In this document: positions 8,496-16,551 of the stretch, piece after piece | Layout: each line of letters opens with the position of its first letter | Numbering within the stretch: position 1 is the first letter of the stretch | Source of the DNA: a virus | Lineage: Duplodnaviria; Heunggongvirae; Uroviricota; Caudoviricetes | IMG/VR virus record: IMGVR_UViG_2563366941_000005 | Strand: one strand, 5' to 3' | DNA length: 34,670 nt | Program-made: the position numbers and the translations under genes | Notes under the pieces: generated by a model | Told to the model about the DNA's origin: nothing | What the model saw: only the letters and a program-made list of their open reading frames with translations | The model's database searches: none

Positions 8496-8696
8496 ATGAA
8501 AGCGTATTGGGACTCTTTAACCAAAGAACAGCAGGGCGAGTTGGCCGGAAAAGTTGGCTCAACACCAGGCTACTTACGGCTGGTTTTCAATGGTTATAAA
8601 AAAGCCAGTTTTGTGCTGGCTAAAAAACTTGAGCAATGCACGTCAGGTGCAATTACGAAATCTGACTTAAGACCGGATATCTATCCGAAAGATTAA
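8496..8696 (+). CDS. Cro-like HTH regulator (YdaS-like)
   Basis: 66-aa ORF starting at ATG 8496 with GGAGG SD; divergent from cI; small HTH protein. Confidence 0.65.
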   Translation: MKAYWDSLTKEQQGELAGKVGSTPGYLRLVFNGYKKASFVLAKKLEQCTSGAITKSDLRPDIYPKD

Positions 8697-8727
8697 CAGA
8701 ACACCTTCAATTTTTAACCACAGAACG

Positions 8728-9297
8728 ATGAGGCTAACCGTGGGTAAGCATCACTGGAAAGTAGAAAAACAGCCTGAGTGGTACGTGAAAGCTGTCAGAA
8801 AAACTATCGCGGCGTTGCCGGGGGGTTACGCTGAAGCTGCTGAGTGGCTGGATGTAACAGAGAACGCATTATTCAACCGCCTTCGTGCAGATGGCGATCA
8901 GATTTTCCCGCTGGGATGGGCAATGGTTTTACAGCGTGCGGCTGGCACTCACTACATTGCGGATGCTGTCGCACAGTCTGCTGGTGGGGTGTTCGTATCG
9001 CTTCCTGAAATTGAGGCAGTAGAGAACGCCGATATAAACCAGCGCCTGCTGGAAGTCATTGAACAGATCGGCAGTTATTCCAGACAGATTCGTTCAGCAA
9101 TCGAAGACGGTGTAGTGGAACCGCATGAGAAGACAGCAATTAACGACGAACTGTATCTTTCAATTTCGAAGCTCCAGGAGCATGCAGCACTGGTCTACAA
9201 AATCTTCTGCGCTCCAGAAAAGAGTAACGCCCGCGAGTGTGCAGCTCCGGGCGTCGTGGCGTCGATTGCTTCTGGTTGTGGAGAAACTAACGCATGA
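8728..9297 (+). CDS. CII-like / YdaT-like regulatory protein
   Basis: 189-aa ORF directly after cro; N-terminal segment AEWLDVTENALFNRLRADGDQIFPLGWAMVL resembles the CII HTH region; start may instead be GTG at 8740. Confidence 0.55.
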   Translation: MRLTVGKHHWKVEKQPEWYVKAVRKTIAALPGGYAEAAEWLDVTENALFNRLRADGDQIFPLGWAMVLQRAAGTHYIADAVAQSAGGVFVSLPEIEAVENADINQRLLEVIEQIGSYSRQIRSAIEDGVVEPHEKTAINDELYLSISKLQEHAALVYKIFCAPEKSNARECAAPGVVASIASGCGETNA

Positions 9298-9622
9298 ATA
9301 GTTTAACGGCAAATAACCGTTTGTCGCAACAGCTGGTGGTCAGCGTCGCTGAACACCTGTTGTTACGGCATGAATGCAGATTACCAAATCACCTGGCTGT
9401 AAGTAACCACAGAGAACTTTACCTGACTGTGGGGGGCGAGTTGTGCAGGAACTTAACCGCTGGTTTCGTGACGGAAGAGGGCTTTATGTCCATGTTATTC
9501 GTTGGGAGCCAGAAACACAGCGCGTTATCTATCTTCGCAAAGACTACCCGCATGAGTGCTTTAGTCCTTTGTGGAAATTCAGGCGTGATTTTGTTGAGTG
9601 TGAAGGACCACCAGCATATTGA
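9294..9622 (+). pseudogene. Possible frameshifted small gene (frame 0 N-terminus joined to a protein-like frame +2 segment at a G6 tract)
   Basis: ATGA overlap with the preceding stop; G GGG GGC heptamer at 9431-9437; downstream frame encodes VVQELNRWFRDGRGLYVHVIRWEPETQRVIYLRKDYPHECFSPLWKFRRDFVECEGPPAY up to a stop at 9620-9622. Confidence 0.3.
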
Positions 9623-9893
9623 TTCTGCAATTCCGGGACGTTACACTGTTCAGGCACCTTATAAAGCGGGTGCCGGGATTGGCGTCCTGAAATTCGCACA
9701 TGCGCATAACCGCGCTTCAGCGGTTTTTTTGCGCACGTTTCCTCACATCCAAATTATGGTGGGGCGTGCAGGGGCATCGAAAGATGCGCCGGGGTCATGT
9801 GCGACCGGTTACGCCAACCCTGTACGTCTCACCACCTCTGTGATTGGCGTCCCATGTGGTGAGTTTTCAAAATTCGCACATGAGGATGTCACT

Positions 9894-10439
9894 ATGGCAA
9901 CCACCCCTACCCAAACTCACCCTAAAATTGATGTTATCCATGGGAAGGCTGTTACCTCTTCTTTGGCCGTTGCCGAATATTTCTGCAAGCAGCACAAAAA
10001 CGTTATTCAAAAAATCCAGACGCTTGAGTGCTCTGTTGAATTCACTGAGCTGAATTTTCAGCCCAGTGATTACACCGATTGCACAGGCCGCAAACTCCCT
10101 TGTTACCAAATCACCCGCGACGGTTTTGCGTTTCTTGCCATGGGCTTCACGGGGAAACGTGCTGCCCGGTTCAAAGAGGCATACATCAATGCCTTTAACC
10201 AGATGGAGAAACAGCTTTCAAATCCCTCTGTACTGAGCGACGTTGCACATAACGCCAGCGTTCTCTATTCCTACATTTCATCAATTCATCAGGTCTGGCT
10301 GCAGCAGCTTTATCCCATGTTGGCAAAAGCCGAATCCCCGCTGGCTGTAAGTCTGTATGACCGCATCAACGACGCGGCGCTACTGGCCAGTCTCATAAAT
10401 TTGTCGCTGAACCCTTCAGAGGTAAGGGGGCGCAAATGA
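9894..10439 (+). CDS. Rha-family phage regulatory protein
   Basis: Rha-like core VTSSLAVAEYFCKQHKNVIQKIQTL ... ITRDGFAFLAMGFTGKRAARFKEAYINAFNQME; internal ATG at 9894 has GAGGA SD; the upstream 600 bp of the tracked 381-aa ORF is not Rha-like. Confidence 0.75.
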   Translation: MATTPTQTHPKIDVIHGKAVTSSLAVAEYFCKQHKNVIQKIQTLECSVEFTELNFQPSDYTDCTGRKLPCYQITRDGFAFLAMGFTGKRAARFKEAYINAFNQMEKQLSNPSVLSDVAHNASVLYSYISSIHQVWLQQLYPMLAKAESPLAVSLYDRINDAALLASLINLSLNPSEVRGRK

Positions 10440-10660
10440 TCCGGAATATTTTCAAACGGTTTACCAATCATACTTTCCGTTGTCCTCGTCCGGGTCAGTG
10501 GTACACCACGCCTGCAGGGCATGTTCTACGTGTTAGCCTGGTTGACCGTGAATGTCAGAAGGTGATTTGTGAACCGCTGGGCCGTAATTACCGCATCAGT
10601 ATGCCGCTTATAGCCTTTTGCTCCGGAAAAAACATGAAGCATCTCGGAGGTGCAGCATGA
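10436..10660 (+). CDS. Small hypothetical protein (74 aa, Cys-containing)
   Basis: ATGA overlaps with both neighbours, suggesting translational coupling. Confidence 0.4.
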   Translation: MIRNIFKRFTNHTFRCPRPGQWYTTPAGHVLRVSLVDRECQKVICEPLGRNYRISMPLIAFCSGKNMKHLGGAA

Positions 10661-11475
10661 GTATGGAGCTGATGGTTAAAGCGATGAAAATTCGAGTGGG
10701 TAATCCATTGCGAAAACTGGTTCTGATCAAGCTGGCTGATAATGCCAGCGATCAGGGTGAGTGCTGGCCCAGCTACCAGCATATTGCTGACCAGTGCGAG
10801 ATTAGCAAACGTTCTGTGATGAATCATATTGCGGCCCTTTGTGAGTCCGGGCTGGTAAAAAAAGTCACCCGGAAAGGTGAAAAAGGTAACTCAAGTAATA
10901 TCTATCTCCTTCATCTTGATGGTGCAGGAGATTCACTAGGGGGTAGTGCAAATAATTCACTATCTGGTGCAGCAAATTCACCAGGTAGTGCAGGAGTTGC
11001 ACCAGGGGGTGGTGCAGGAGATTCACCCAGAACCAGTCACTCTTTTGAACCAGTCAAAGAACCAGTCAATGAACCAATAGCTGTTGGTGCATCTGCTGAT
11101 GAGTCTGTGCGAGTTCGTTCAAACCGACCGGAATACTCTCCGGAGTTTGAGCAGGCATGGCTGGCATACCCCAAACGTGCTGGTGGCAATTCAAAATCTG
11201 CAGCCTTCAAAGCCTGGAAAGCCCGTTTGAATGAGGGGGTAAAACCCGAAACCATGCTGGAAGGTGTGAAACGCTACGCGGGCTGGGTATCTGCGATGGG
11301 TAACAGCGGCACACAATTTGTGAAACAGGCTGTCACGTTCTTTGGTCCGGATCGTCATTTCGAAGAATCCTGGGAAGTTCCTGCGGTATCTGCAGCCAGA
11401 CGCGAGGACCCGTACTTCAAAGCCAGTTACGACAACGTGGACTACAGCCAGATCCCGGCAGGATTCAGGGGGTGA
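10657..11475 (+). CDS. Putative replication initiation protein (N-terminal winged HTH, Gly/Ser/Ala linker, YdaU/DUF1376-like C-terminus)
   Basis: ATG at 10657 with GGAGGTG SD; N-terminal HTH LRKLVLIKLADNASDQGECWPSYQHIADQCEISKRSVMNHIAALCESGLV; C-terminal EFEQAWLAYPKRAGGNSKSAAFKAWKARL. Confidence 0.65.
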   Translation: MSMELMVKAMKIRVGNPLRKLVLIKLADNASDQGECWPSYQHIADQCEISKRSVMNHIAALCESGLVKKVTRKGEKGNSSNIYLLHLDGAGDSLGGSANNSLSGAANSPGSAGVAPGGGAGDSPRTSHSFEPVKEPVNEPIAVGASADESVRVRSNRPEYSPEFEQAWLAYPKRAGGNSKSAAFKAWKARLNEGVKPETMLEGVKRYAGWVSAMGNSGTQFVKQAVTFFGPDRHFEESWEVPAVSAARREDPYFKASYDNVDYSQIPAGFRG

Positions 11476-11477
11476 TC

Positions 11478-11966
11478 ATGAGTCTTTTGAATGAAGTTCA
11501 GAAATTCATTGAAGCCCATCCGGGGTGTACTTCCGGAGACATTGCGGATGCTTTTGCAGGTTACTCACGGCAGCGCGTTCTGCAGTCAGCAAGCAAGTTA
11601 CGTCAGAGTGGGCGTGTGGCTCACCGTTGTGAAGGAGATACACGCAGACATTTCCCGCGCCTGACTGAGAGAGCACAGGAGCCGGAACCACAACCAGTTC
11701 GTGAAACCAGACCTGTGCGCAATTTCTGTGTCGGCACTAACGACCCGCAGGTGATTTTGTGCCTGACTCGCCAGGCGGAAGAACTGGAGTCCAGGGGCTT
11801 ATTCCGTCGAGCTGCAACGGTGTGGATGGAGGCATTCCGTGAAAGCCACTCCCAGCCAGAACGAAACAATTTTCTGGCGCATCGTGAGCGGTGCTTACGG
11901 AAAAGCAGCAAGCGCGCTGCATCGGGTGAAGAGTGGTATCTGTCAGGGAATTACGTGGGGGCTTAA
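11478..11966 (+). CDS. Winged-helix protein with PerC/Pch-like C-terminal motif
   Basis: C-terminal QAEELESRGLFRRAATVWMEAF ... ERNNFLAHRERCL resembles the PerC family signature; family assignment is from memory. Confidence 0.45.
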   Translation: MSLLNEVQKFIEAHPGCTSGDIADAFAGYSRQRVLQSASKLRQSGRVAHRCEGDTRRHFPRLTERAQEPEPQPVRETRPVRNFCVGTNDPQVILCLTRQAEELESRGLFRRAATVWMEAFRESHSQPERNNFLAHRERCLRKSSKRAASGEEWYLSGNYVGA

Positions 11967-12619
11967 TGAGTAATAAATATTGCCAGGCGCTGGTGGAGCT
12001 GCGGAACAAACCAGCCCATGAACTGAAGGAAGTGGGCGATCAGTGGCGCACGCCGGACAACATTTTCTGGGGAATTAACACCCTGTTTGGCCCGTTTGTT
12101 CTGGATCTGTTCACTGATGGTGATAACGCCAAATGTGCCGCTTATTACACTGCGGAAGACAACGCGCTGGCGCATGACTGGTCTGAACGTCTTGCGGAGC
12201 TTAAAGGTGCTGCCTTTGGTAATCCCCCGTACAGCCGCGCCAGTCAGCATGAGGGGCAATACATCACCGGCATGCGTTACATCATGAAACATGCCAGTGC
12301 CATGCGTGATAAAGGCGGGCGCTATGTTTTCCTGATCAAAGCTGCCACCAGCGAAGTGTGGTGGCCGGAAGATGCAGATCATATTGCTTTTATTCGCGGG
12401 CGTATTGGTTTTGAACTGCCTGCCTGGTTTATCCCGAAAGACGAAAAGCAGGTGCCAACAGGTGCTTTCTTCGCTGGTGCTATTGCTGTTTTCGACAAGA
12501 CCTGGAAGGGACCGGCAATCAGCTACATAGGGCGCGATGAACTTGAGGCATGTGGTGAGGCGTTTCTGGCGCAGGTTCGCCAGCAGGCGGAAAAACTGGT
12601 CAGGGAGATGGCGGCATGA
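11966..12619 (+). CDS. Phage DNA N6-adenine methyltransferase (Dam-like)
   Basis: NPPY catalytic motif (FGNPPYS); start at ATG 11966 (TAATG overlap with upstream stop). Confidence 0.8.
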   Translation: MSNKYCQALVELRNKPAHELKEVGDQWRTPDNIFWGINTLFGPFVLDLFTDGDNAKCAAYYTAEDNALAHDWSERLAELKGAAFGNPPYSRASQHEGQYITGMRYIMKHASAMRDKGGRYVFLIKAATSEVWWPEDADHIAFIRGRIGFELPAWFIPKDEKQVPTGAFFAGAIAVFDKTWKGPAISYIGRDELEACGEAFLAQVRQQAEKLVREMAA

Positions 12620-12942
12620 CGACGTTAACTCAATGCCAGCAGCAGGTGCTGGATATGCTGATTTCTTATCAGAAAGAACGTGGCTTCCCGCCAACCAATC
12701 AGGAGGTGGCAACCATGCTGGGATACCGTTCGGTGAATGCAGCGGTGGAGCATCTTCGCGCACTGGAGAAAAAAGGCGTCATCACGATAAAGCGTGGCGT
12801 GGCCCGGGGGATAACGCTTCATACTGCGATGAAGGACGACGACAGCGAGGCGGTCGGGATTATCCGCGCACTGCTTGCCGGTGAGGAAAACGCAAGGCTG
12901 CGTGCAACCCACTGGTTACATGAGAGGGGCCTGAAAGTATGA
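12616..12942 (+). CDS. LexA-like protein with DNA-binding domain only (no S24 peptidase domain)
   Basis: 108 aa; alignable by eye with the E. coli LexA N-terminal winged helix (QQVLDML...GFPPTNQEVATMLGYRSVNAAVEHLRALEKKGVITI..ARGITL); ATGA-coupled to both neighbours. Confidence 0.7.
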   Translation: MTTLTQCQQQVLDMLISYQKERGFPPTNQEVATMLGYRSVNAAVEHLRALEKKGVITIKRGVARGITLHTAMKDDDSEAVGIIRALLAGEENARLRATHWLHERGLKV

Positions 12943-13334
12943 AGCTAATACTGCCTTTTCCGCCCAGCGTGAACACGTACTGGCGACACCCCAACAAAGG
13001 GGCGTTTGCTGGTAAGAGCCTGATAAGCGCGGCGGGGCGAAAATTCCAGAGCGCGGCGTGTGCAGCAATAGTTGAGCAGTTACGTCGTCTGCCGAAACCA
13101 ACGTCGGCACCTGCTTCAGTGGAGATCGTGTTGTTTCCTCCGGATAACCGGATCCGCGATCTGGACAACTATAACAAGGCGCTGTTTGACGCCCTGACCC
13201 ACGCGGGTGTGTGGGAAGACGACAGTCAGGTGAAAAGAATGCTGGTGGAGTGGGGACCGGTTATCCCGGAGGGGAAGGTCGAGATCACTATCAGTAAGTA
13301 CGAAAAAGCGAGTTGCAAATTAGCAACTCGGTAA
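12939..13334 (+). CDS. rusA: RusA-family Holliday junction resolvase
   Basis: 131 aa; PFPPSVNTYWR ... DLDNYNKALFDALT ... DDSQV matches the RusA signature. Confidence 0.85.
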   Translation: MKLILPFPPSVNTYWRHPNKGAFAGKSLISAAGRKFQSAACAAIVEQLRRLPKPTSAPASVEIVLFPPDNRIRDLDNYNKALFDALTHAGVWEDDSQVKRMLVEWGPVIPEGKVEITISKYEKASCKLATR

Positions 13335-13379
13335 CGGAATTGAGCAACACCCTAAATTTGGGTATTACCTCGTTAAAGA

Positions 13380-13399
13380 TACTGTATTTATGAACAGTG
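13380..13399. promoter_or_regulatory. SOS box (LexA operator) TACTGTATTTATGAACAGTG
   Basis: Perfect CTGT-N8-ACAG core with AT-rich spacer, about 100 bp upstream of the KilA-N gene and just downstream of candidate -35 TTGAGC (13340-13345) / -10 TATTAC (13363-13368). Confidence 0.7.
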
Positions 13400-13496
13400 T
13401 ATCCTTGATAACTATTAAAAATCGCAGTAAGTTCATCCTGCATCAACGAAAAGGGAGTGCAGTCCCGCTCGTGGATAAAAATTTGTGGAGAAACCA

Positions 13497-14312
13497 ATGA
13501 ATCAGTTGCTTGTAATTGATGGCGTTTCTGTGCGCCAGTACTTCGAATCTAACTACTGTCTTAACGACCTTCAGAAAGCTGCTCTTCTTGCCGCTGGTGA
13601 GAATCGCTCCTCCCGTTCGCTGGAAGTTCACGAGTTTATGCGTCGTCCTGAAACGAAGGCTCTTGTGGAATTATTGGAAGAAGAAACTACGGGAGATTCC
13701 CGTAGTATTCCTGTCATCACCATTCAGGGGCGCAATGGTGGGACGTATGTCTGTAAAGAGCTGGTCTATGCATATGCAATGTGGATCAGCCCGGCATTCA
13801 GCTTAAAAGTGATACGTACTTTTGATGCGCTTCATAATTCATCACCAGAAGAAACCACATCCGACAAAATTAAATCCGGGGTCATTCTGCTTGAATCAGC
13901 AGCAAAGACTCTAAATCTGTCAAACTCCTCGAAACTTGGTGCATACCAGAAATTATCAAAGGTAGCTGGTCTTCCTGAACTTATGCCGATCTATGCCATT
14001 GATGCACCTGCTGATGCGCCAGATGGTTCAAGCCGCCCTACGCTGTCGCTGAGTGCACTGCTGAAGCAGTATGGTATCCGCCTGACGGCTAATCAGGCAT
14101 ATCACCAGATGGCGAAGCTGGGGATCGTTGAACAACGCGAACGATACAGCCGTACCGCGATTAACAACATCAAAAAATTCTGGTCGCTGACCGCGAAAGG
14201 CTGCATGTTCGGCAAGAACATCACCAGTCCTGCAAATCCGCGCGAGACGCAGCCGCATTTCTTCGAATCCCGATTTCCTGAGCTGTTAAAGCTGCTCGAT
14301 ACCGTTCATTGA
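13497..14312 (+). CDS. KilA-N domain protein (antirepressor-like)
   Basis: N-terminal KilA-N-like segment (GGTYVCKELVYAYAMWISPAFSLKVIRTF); ATG at 13497 with GGAG SD. Confidence 0.7.
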   Translation: MNQLLVIDGVSVRQYFESNYCLNDLQKAALLAAGENRSSRSLEVHEFMRRPETKALVELLEEETTGDSRSIPVITIQGRNGGTYVCKELVYAYAMWISPAFSLKVIRTFDALHNSSPEETTSDKIKSGVILLESAAKTLNLSNSSKLGAYQKLSKVAGLPELMPIYAIDAPADAPDGSSRPTLSLSALLKQYGIRLTANQAYHQMAKLGIVEQRERYSRTAINNIKKFWSLTAKGCMFGKNITSPANPRETQPHFFESRFPELLKLLDTVH

Positions 14313-14313
14313 G

Positions 14314-15309
14314 GTGACTGTGAGAGCACTACTGACCCCTGAAATTGCCCCGCGTATGGGGATCGTATTGTTCAGGCCAGGTTCAGAGCTGATGCCCCTG
14401 TTTATGCAGGGGCGTGTCCTGCTGGAGCCTGAGCCGGAGCGTTATTCATCTTTCGCCAGTGGTGCCGTTCCGGCGGCATCACAACCGCTGGCGGATGATC
14501 CTGCCGTTCGGGCCGTGTTCCGCCATGAGGCAGTGATCCGTCGTGCTGGTGGCGTGGAATGTCTTGAAAGCTGGTTACTTCGTGAAAAAGGCTGCCAGTG
14601 GCCTCATTCCGGATGGCACAGCGAGAACATGACCACAATGCGACACGCTCCGGGTGCAATCCGTCTGTGCTGGCACTGCGATAACCAGCTGCGCGATCAG
14701 TTCACGGAACGGCTGGAATCAATGGCAACGGATAACTGTGCCCGCTGGGTGTTGTCTGTTGTGCGTCGGGATCTCGGTTTTGATGACAGTCACGTTGTGA
14801 CAATGCCGGAACTGTGCTGGTGGCTGATTCGTAATGACCTGGCGGATGCCTTACCGGAAAGTGCAGCCCGTAAGGCACTGAGATTACCGAAGCCTGTTGT
14901 GCCGTCTGTCACCCGGGAAAGTGACCTTGTGCCTTCGGTTCCTGCCACCAGCATCATCCAGGATAAAGCGAAAAAGGTGCTGGCGCTGAAAGTGGATCCG
15001 GAGTCGCCGGAGTCTTTTATGTTACGCCCCAAACGTCGCCGCTGGGTTAATGAAAAGTACACGCGCTGGGTTAAGACGCAGCCGTGTGCATGTTGTGGAA
15101 AGCCTGCTGATGATCCCCACCACCTGATAGGCCACGGTCAGGGGGGAATGGGTACAAAAGCGCATGACCTCTTCGTGCTGCCTTTGTGCAGAAAGCATCA
15201 CGACGAGCTGCATGCGGATACCGTGGCATTTGAAGAGAAGTATGGCTCCCAACTGGAGCTGATATTTCGTTTTATCGATCGTGCGCTGGCAATAGGCGTG
15301 CTGGCCTGA
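14314..15309 (+). CDS. DUF968-like phage protein with C-terminal HNH-like zinc-binding motif
   Basis: 331-aa ORF; C-terminal CACCGK...HHLIGHGQGG...CRKHHDELH; start codon uncertain (GTG 14314 or 14320). Confidence 0.6.
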   Translation: MTVRALLTPEIAPRMGIVLFRPGSELMPLFMQGRVLLEPEPERYSSFASGAVPAASQPLADDPAVRAVFRHEAVIRRAGGVECLESWLLREKGCQWPHSGWHSENMTTMRHAPGAIRLCWHCDNQLRDQFTERLESMATDNCARWVLSVVRRDLGFDDSHVVTMPELCWWLIRNDLADALPESAARKALRLPKPVVPSVTRESDLVPSVPATSIIQDKAKKVLALKVDPESPESFMLRPKRRRWVNEKYTRWVKTQPCACCGKPADDPHHLIGHGQGGMGTKAHDLFVLPLCRKHHDELHADTVAFEEKYGSQLELIFRFIDRALAIGVLA

Positions 15310-15326
15310 TTTTGTGGAGAAAGTTG

Positions 15327-15698
15327 ATGCGTGATATTCAAATGGTTCTTGAACGTTGGGGGGCATGGGTGGCAAATAATCACGAGGATGTGGAATGGTC
15401 ATCTGTTGCTGCAGGTTTTAAGGGATTAATTCCTTCGAAAGTAAAATCCCGCCCGCAATGTAGCGATGACGATGGCCTGATCATTAGCTCTGCGATGACA
15501 GTTCTTAAGAAAAAGGAACCGTATCAATACGAATTACTGGAAATGTATTATGTGTATGGGGTTACATTACGGGTGTTGGGGGTAAAACTGGGGATATCAC
15601 TTAATCAGGTTGTTATCAGACTGCAGAAAGCTGAAGGGTTTATTGACGGTTGTCTGGCAATGTTGGGGGTATCTTTAGAAATTGATTGTTACATATAG
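15327..15698 (+). CDS. Q: Late-gene antiterminator Q
   Basis: MRDIQMVLERWGAWV N-terminus typical of the phage antitermination Q family; GGAG SD; immediately upstream of the late region. Confidence 0.7.
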   Translation: MRDIQMVLERWGAWVANNHEDVEWSSVAAGFKGLIPSKVKSRPQCSDDDGLIISSAMTVLKKKEPYQYELLEMYYVYGVTLRVLGVKLGISLNQVVIRLQKAEGFIDGCLAMLGVSLEIDCYI

Positions 15699-15817
15699 TA
15701 ATAAATTCAATCAAAGTAAATAATCATATTTTATTATAACCTCCTGATGATACCTGTTCATTGGTGATGCTGCCAACTTACTGATTTAGTGTATGATGGT
15801 GTTTTTGAGGTGCTCCA

Positions 15818-16093
15818 GTGGCTTCTGTTTCTATCAGCTGTCCCTCCTGTTCAGCTACTGACGGGGTGGTGCGTAACGGCAAAAGCACCGCCGGACATCA
15901 GCGCTATCTCTGCTCTCACTGCCGTAAAACATGGCAACTGCAGTTCACTTACACCGCTTCTCAACCCGGTACGCACCAGAAAATCATTGATATGGCCATG
16001 AATGGCGTTGGATGCCGGGCAACAGCCCGCATTATGGGCGTTGGCCTCAACACGATTTTACGTCACTTAAAAAACTCAGGCCGCAGTCGGTAA
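15818..16093 (+). CDS. insA: IS1 InsA
   Basis: 91-aa [40 protein letters not shown]..., recognised as IS1 InsA. Confidence 0.95.
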
Positions 16094-16515
16094 CCTCGCG
16101 CATACAGCCGGGCAGTGACGTCATCGTCTGCGCGGAAATGGACGAACAGTGGGGCTATGTCGGGGCTAAATCGCGCCAGCGCTGGCTGTTTTACGCGTAT
16201 GACAGGCTCCGGAAGACGGTTGTTGCGCACGTATTCGGTGAACGCACTATGGCGACGCTGGGGCGTCTTATGAGCCTGCTGTCACCCTTTGACGTGGTGA
16301 TATGGATGACGGATGGCTGGCCGCTGTATGAATCCCGCCTGAAGGGAAAGCTGCACGTAATCAGCAAGCGATATACGCAGCGAATTGAGCGGCATAACCT
16401 GAATCTGAGGCAGCACCTGGCACGGCTGGGACGGAAGTCGCTGTCGTTCTCAAAATCGGTGGAGCTGCATGACAAAGTCATCGGGCATTATCTGAACATA
16501 AAACACTATCAATAA
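16012..16515 (+). CDS. insB: IS1 InsB reading frame (transposase made as InsAB-prime by -1 frameshift)
   Basis: 167-aa frame; A6C slippery motif TTAAAAAACTC at about 16066-16076 in the insA/insB overlap. Confidence 0.9.
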
Positions 16516-16551
16516 GTTGGAGTCATTACCCCTGTTCATTGGGAGGTTATT

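Larger units (their letters stand above)
15763..16530 (+). mobile_element. IS1: IS1 insertion sequence, complete 768 bp
   Basis: Terminal inverted repeats GGTGATGCTGCCAACTTACTGAT (left) and ATCAATAAGTTGGAGTCATTACC (right); InsA/InsB reading frames; flanked by direct repeat CCTGTTCATT (15753-15762 and 16531-16540). Confidence 0.95.

Noticed and set aside
9294-10439. Tracked 381-aa ORF as a single protein
   Set aside because: Only the C-terminal 181 aa are Rha-like and begin at an ATG with a good SD; the N-terminal 200 aa look compositionally poor and another frame is more protein-like, so the long ORF is probably a read-through artefact.
10900-11050. Short nucleotide repeats (GGTGCAGGAGATTCAC and variants) as a possible CRISPR or iteron array
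   Set aside because: They are in-frame and encode a Gly/Ser/Ala-rich linker (GAGDSLGGSANNSLSGAANSPGSAGVAPGGGAGDS) of the replication protein; no regular repeat-spacer structure. No CRISPR array was seen anywhere in the window.
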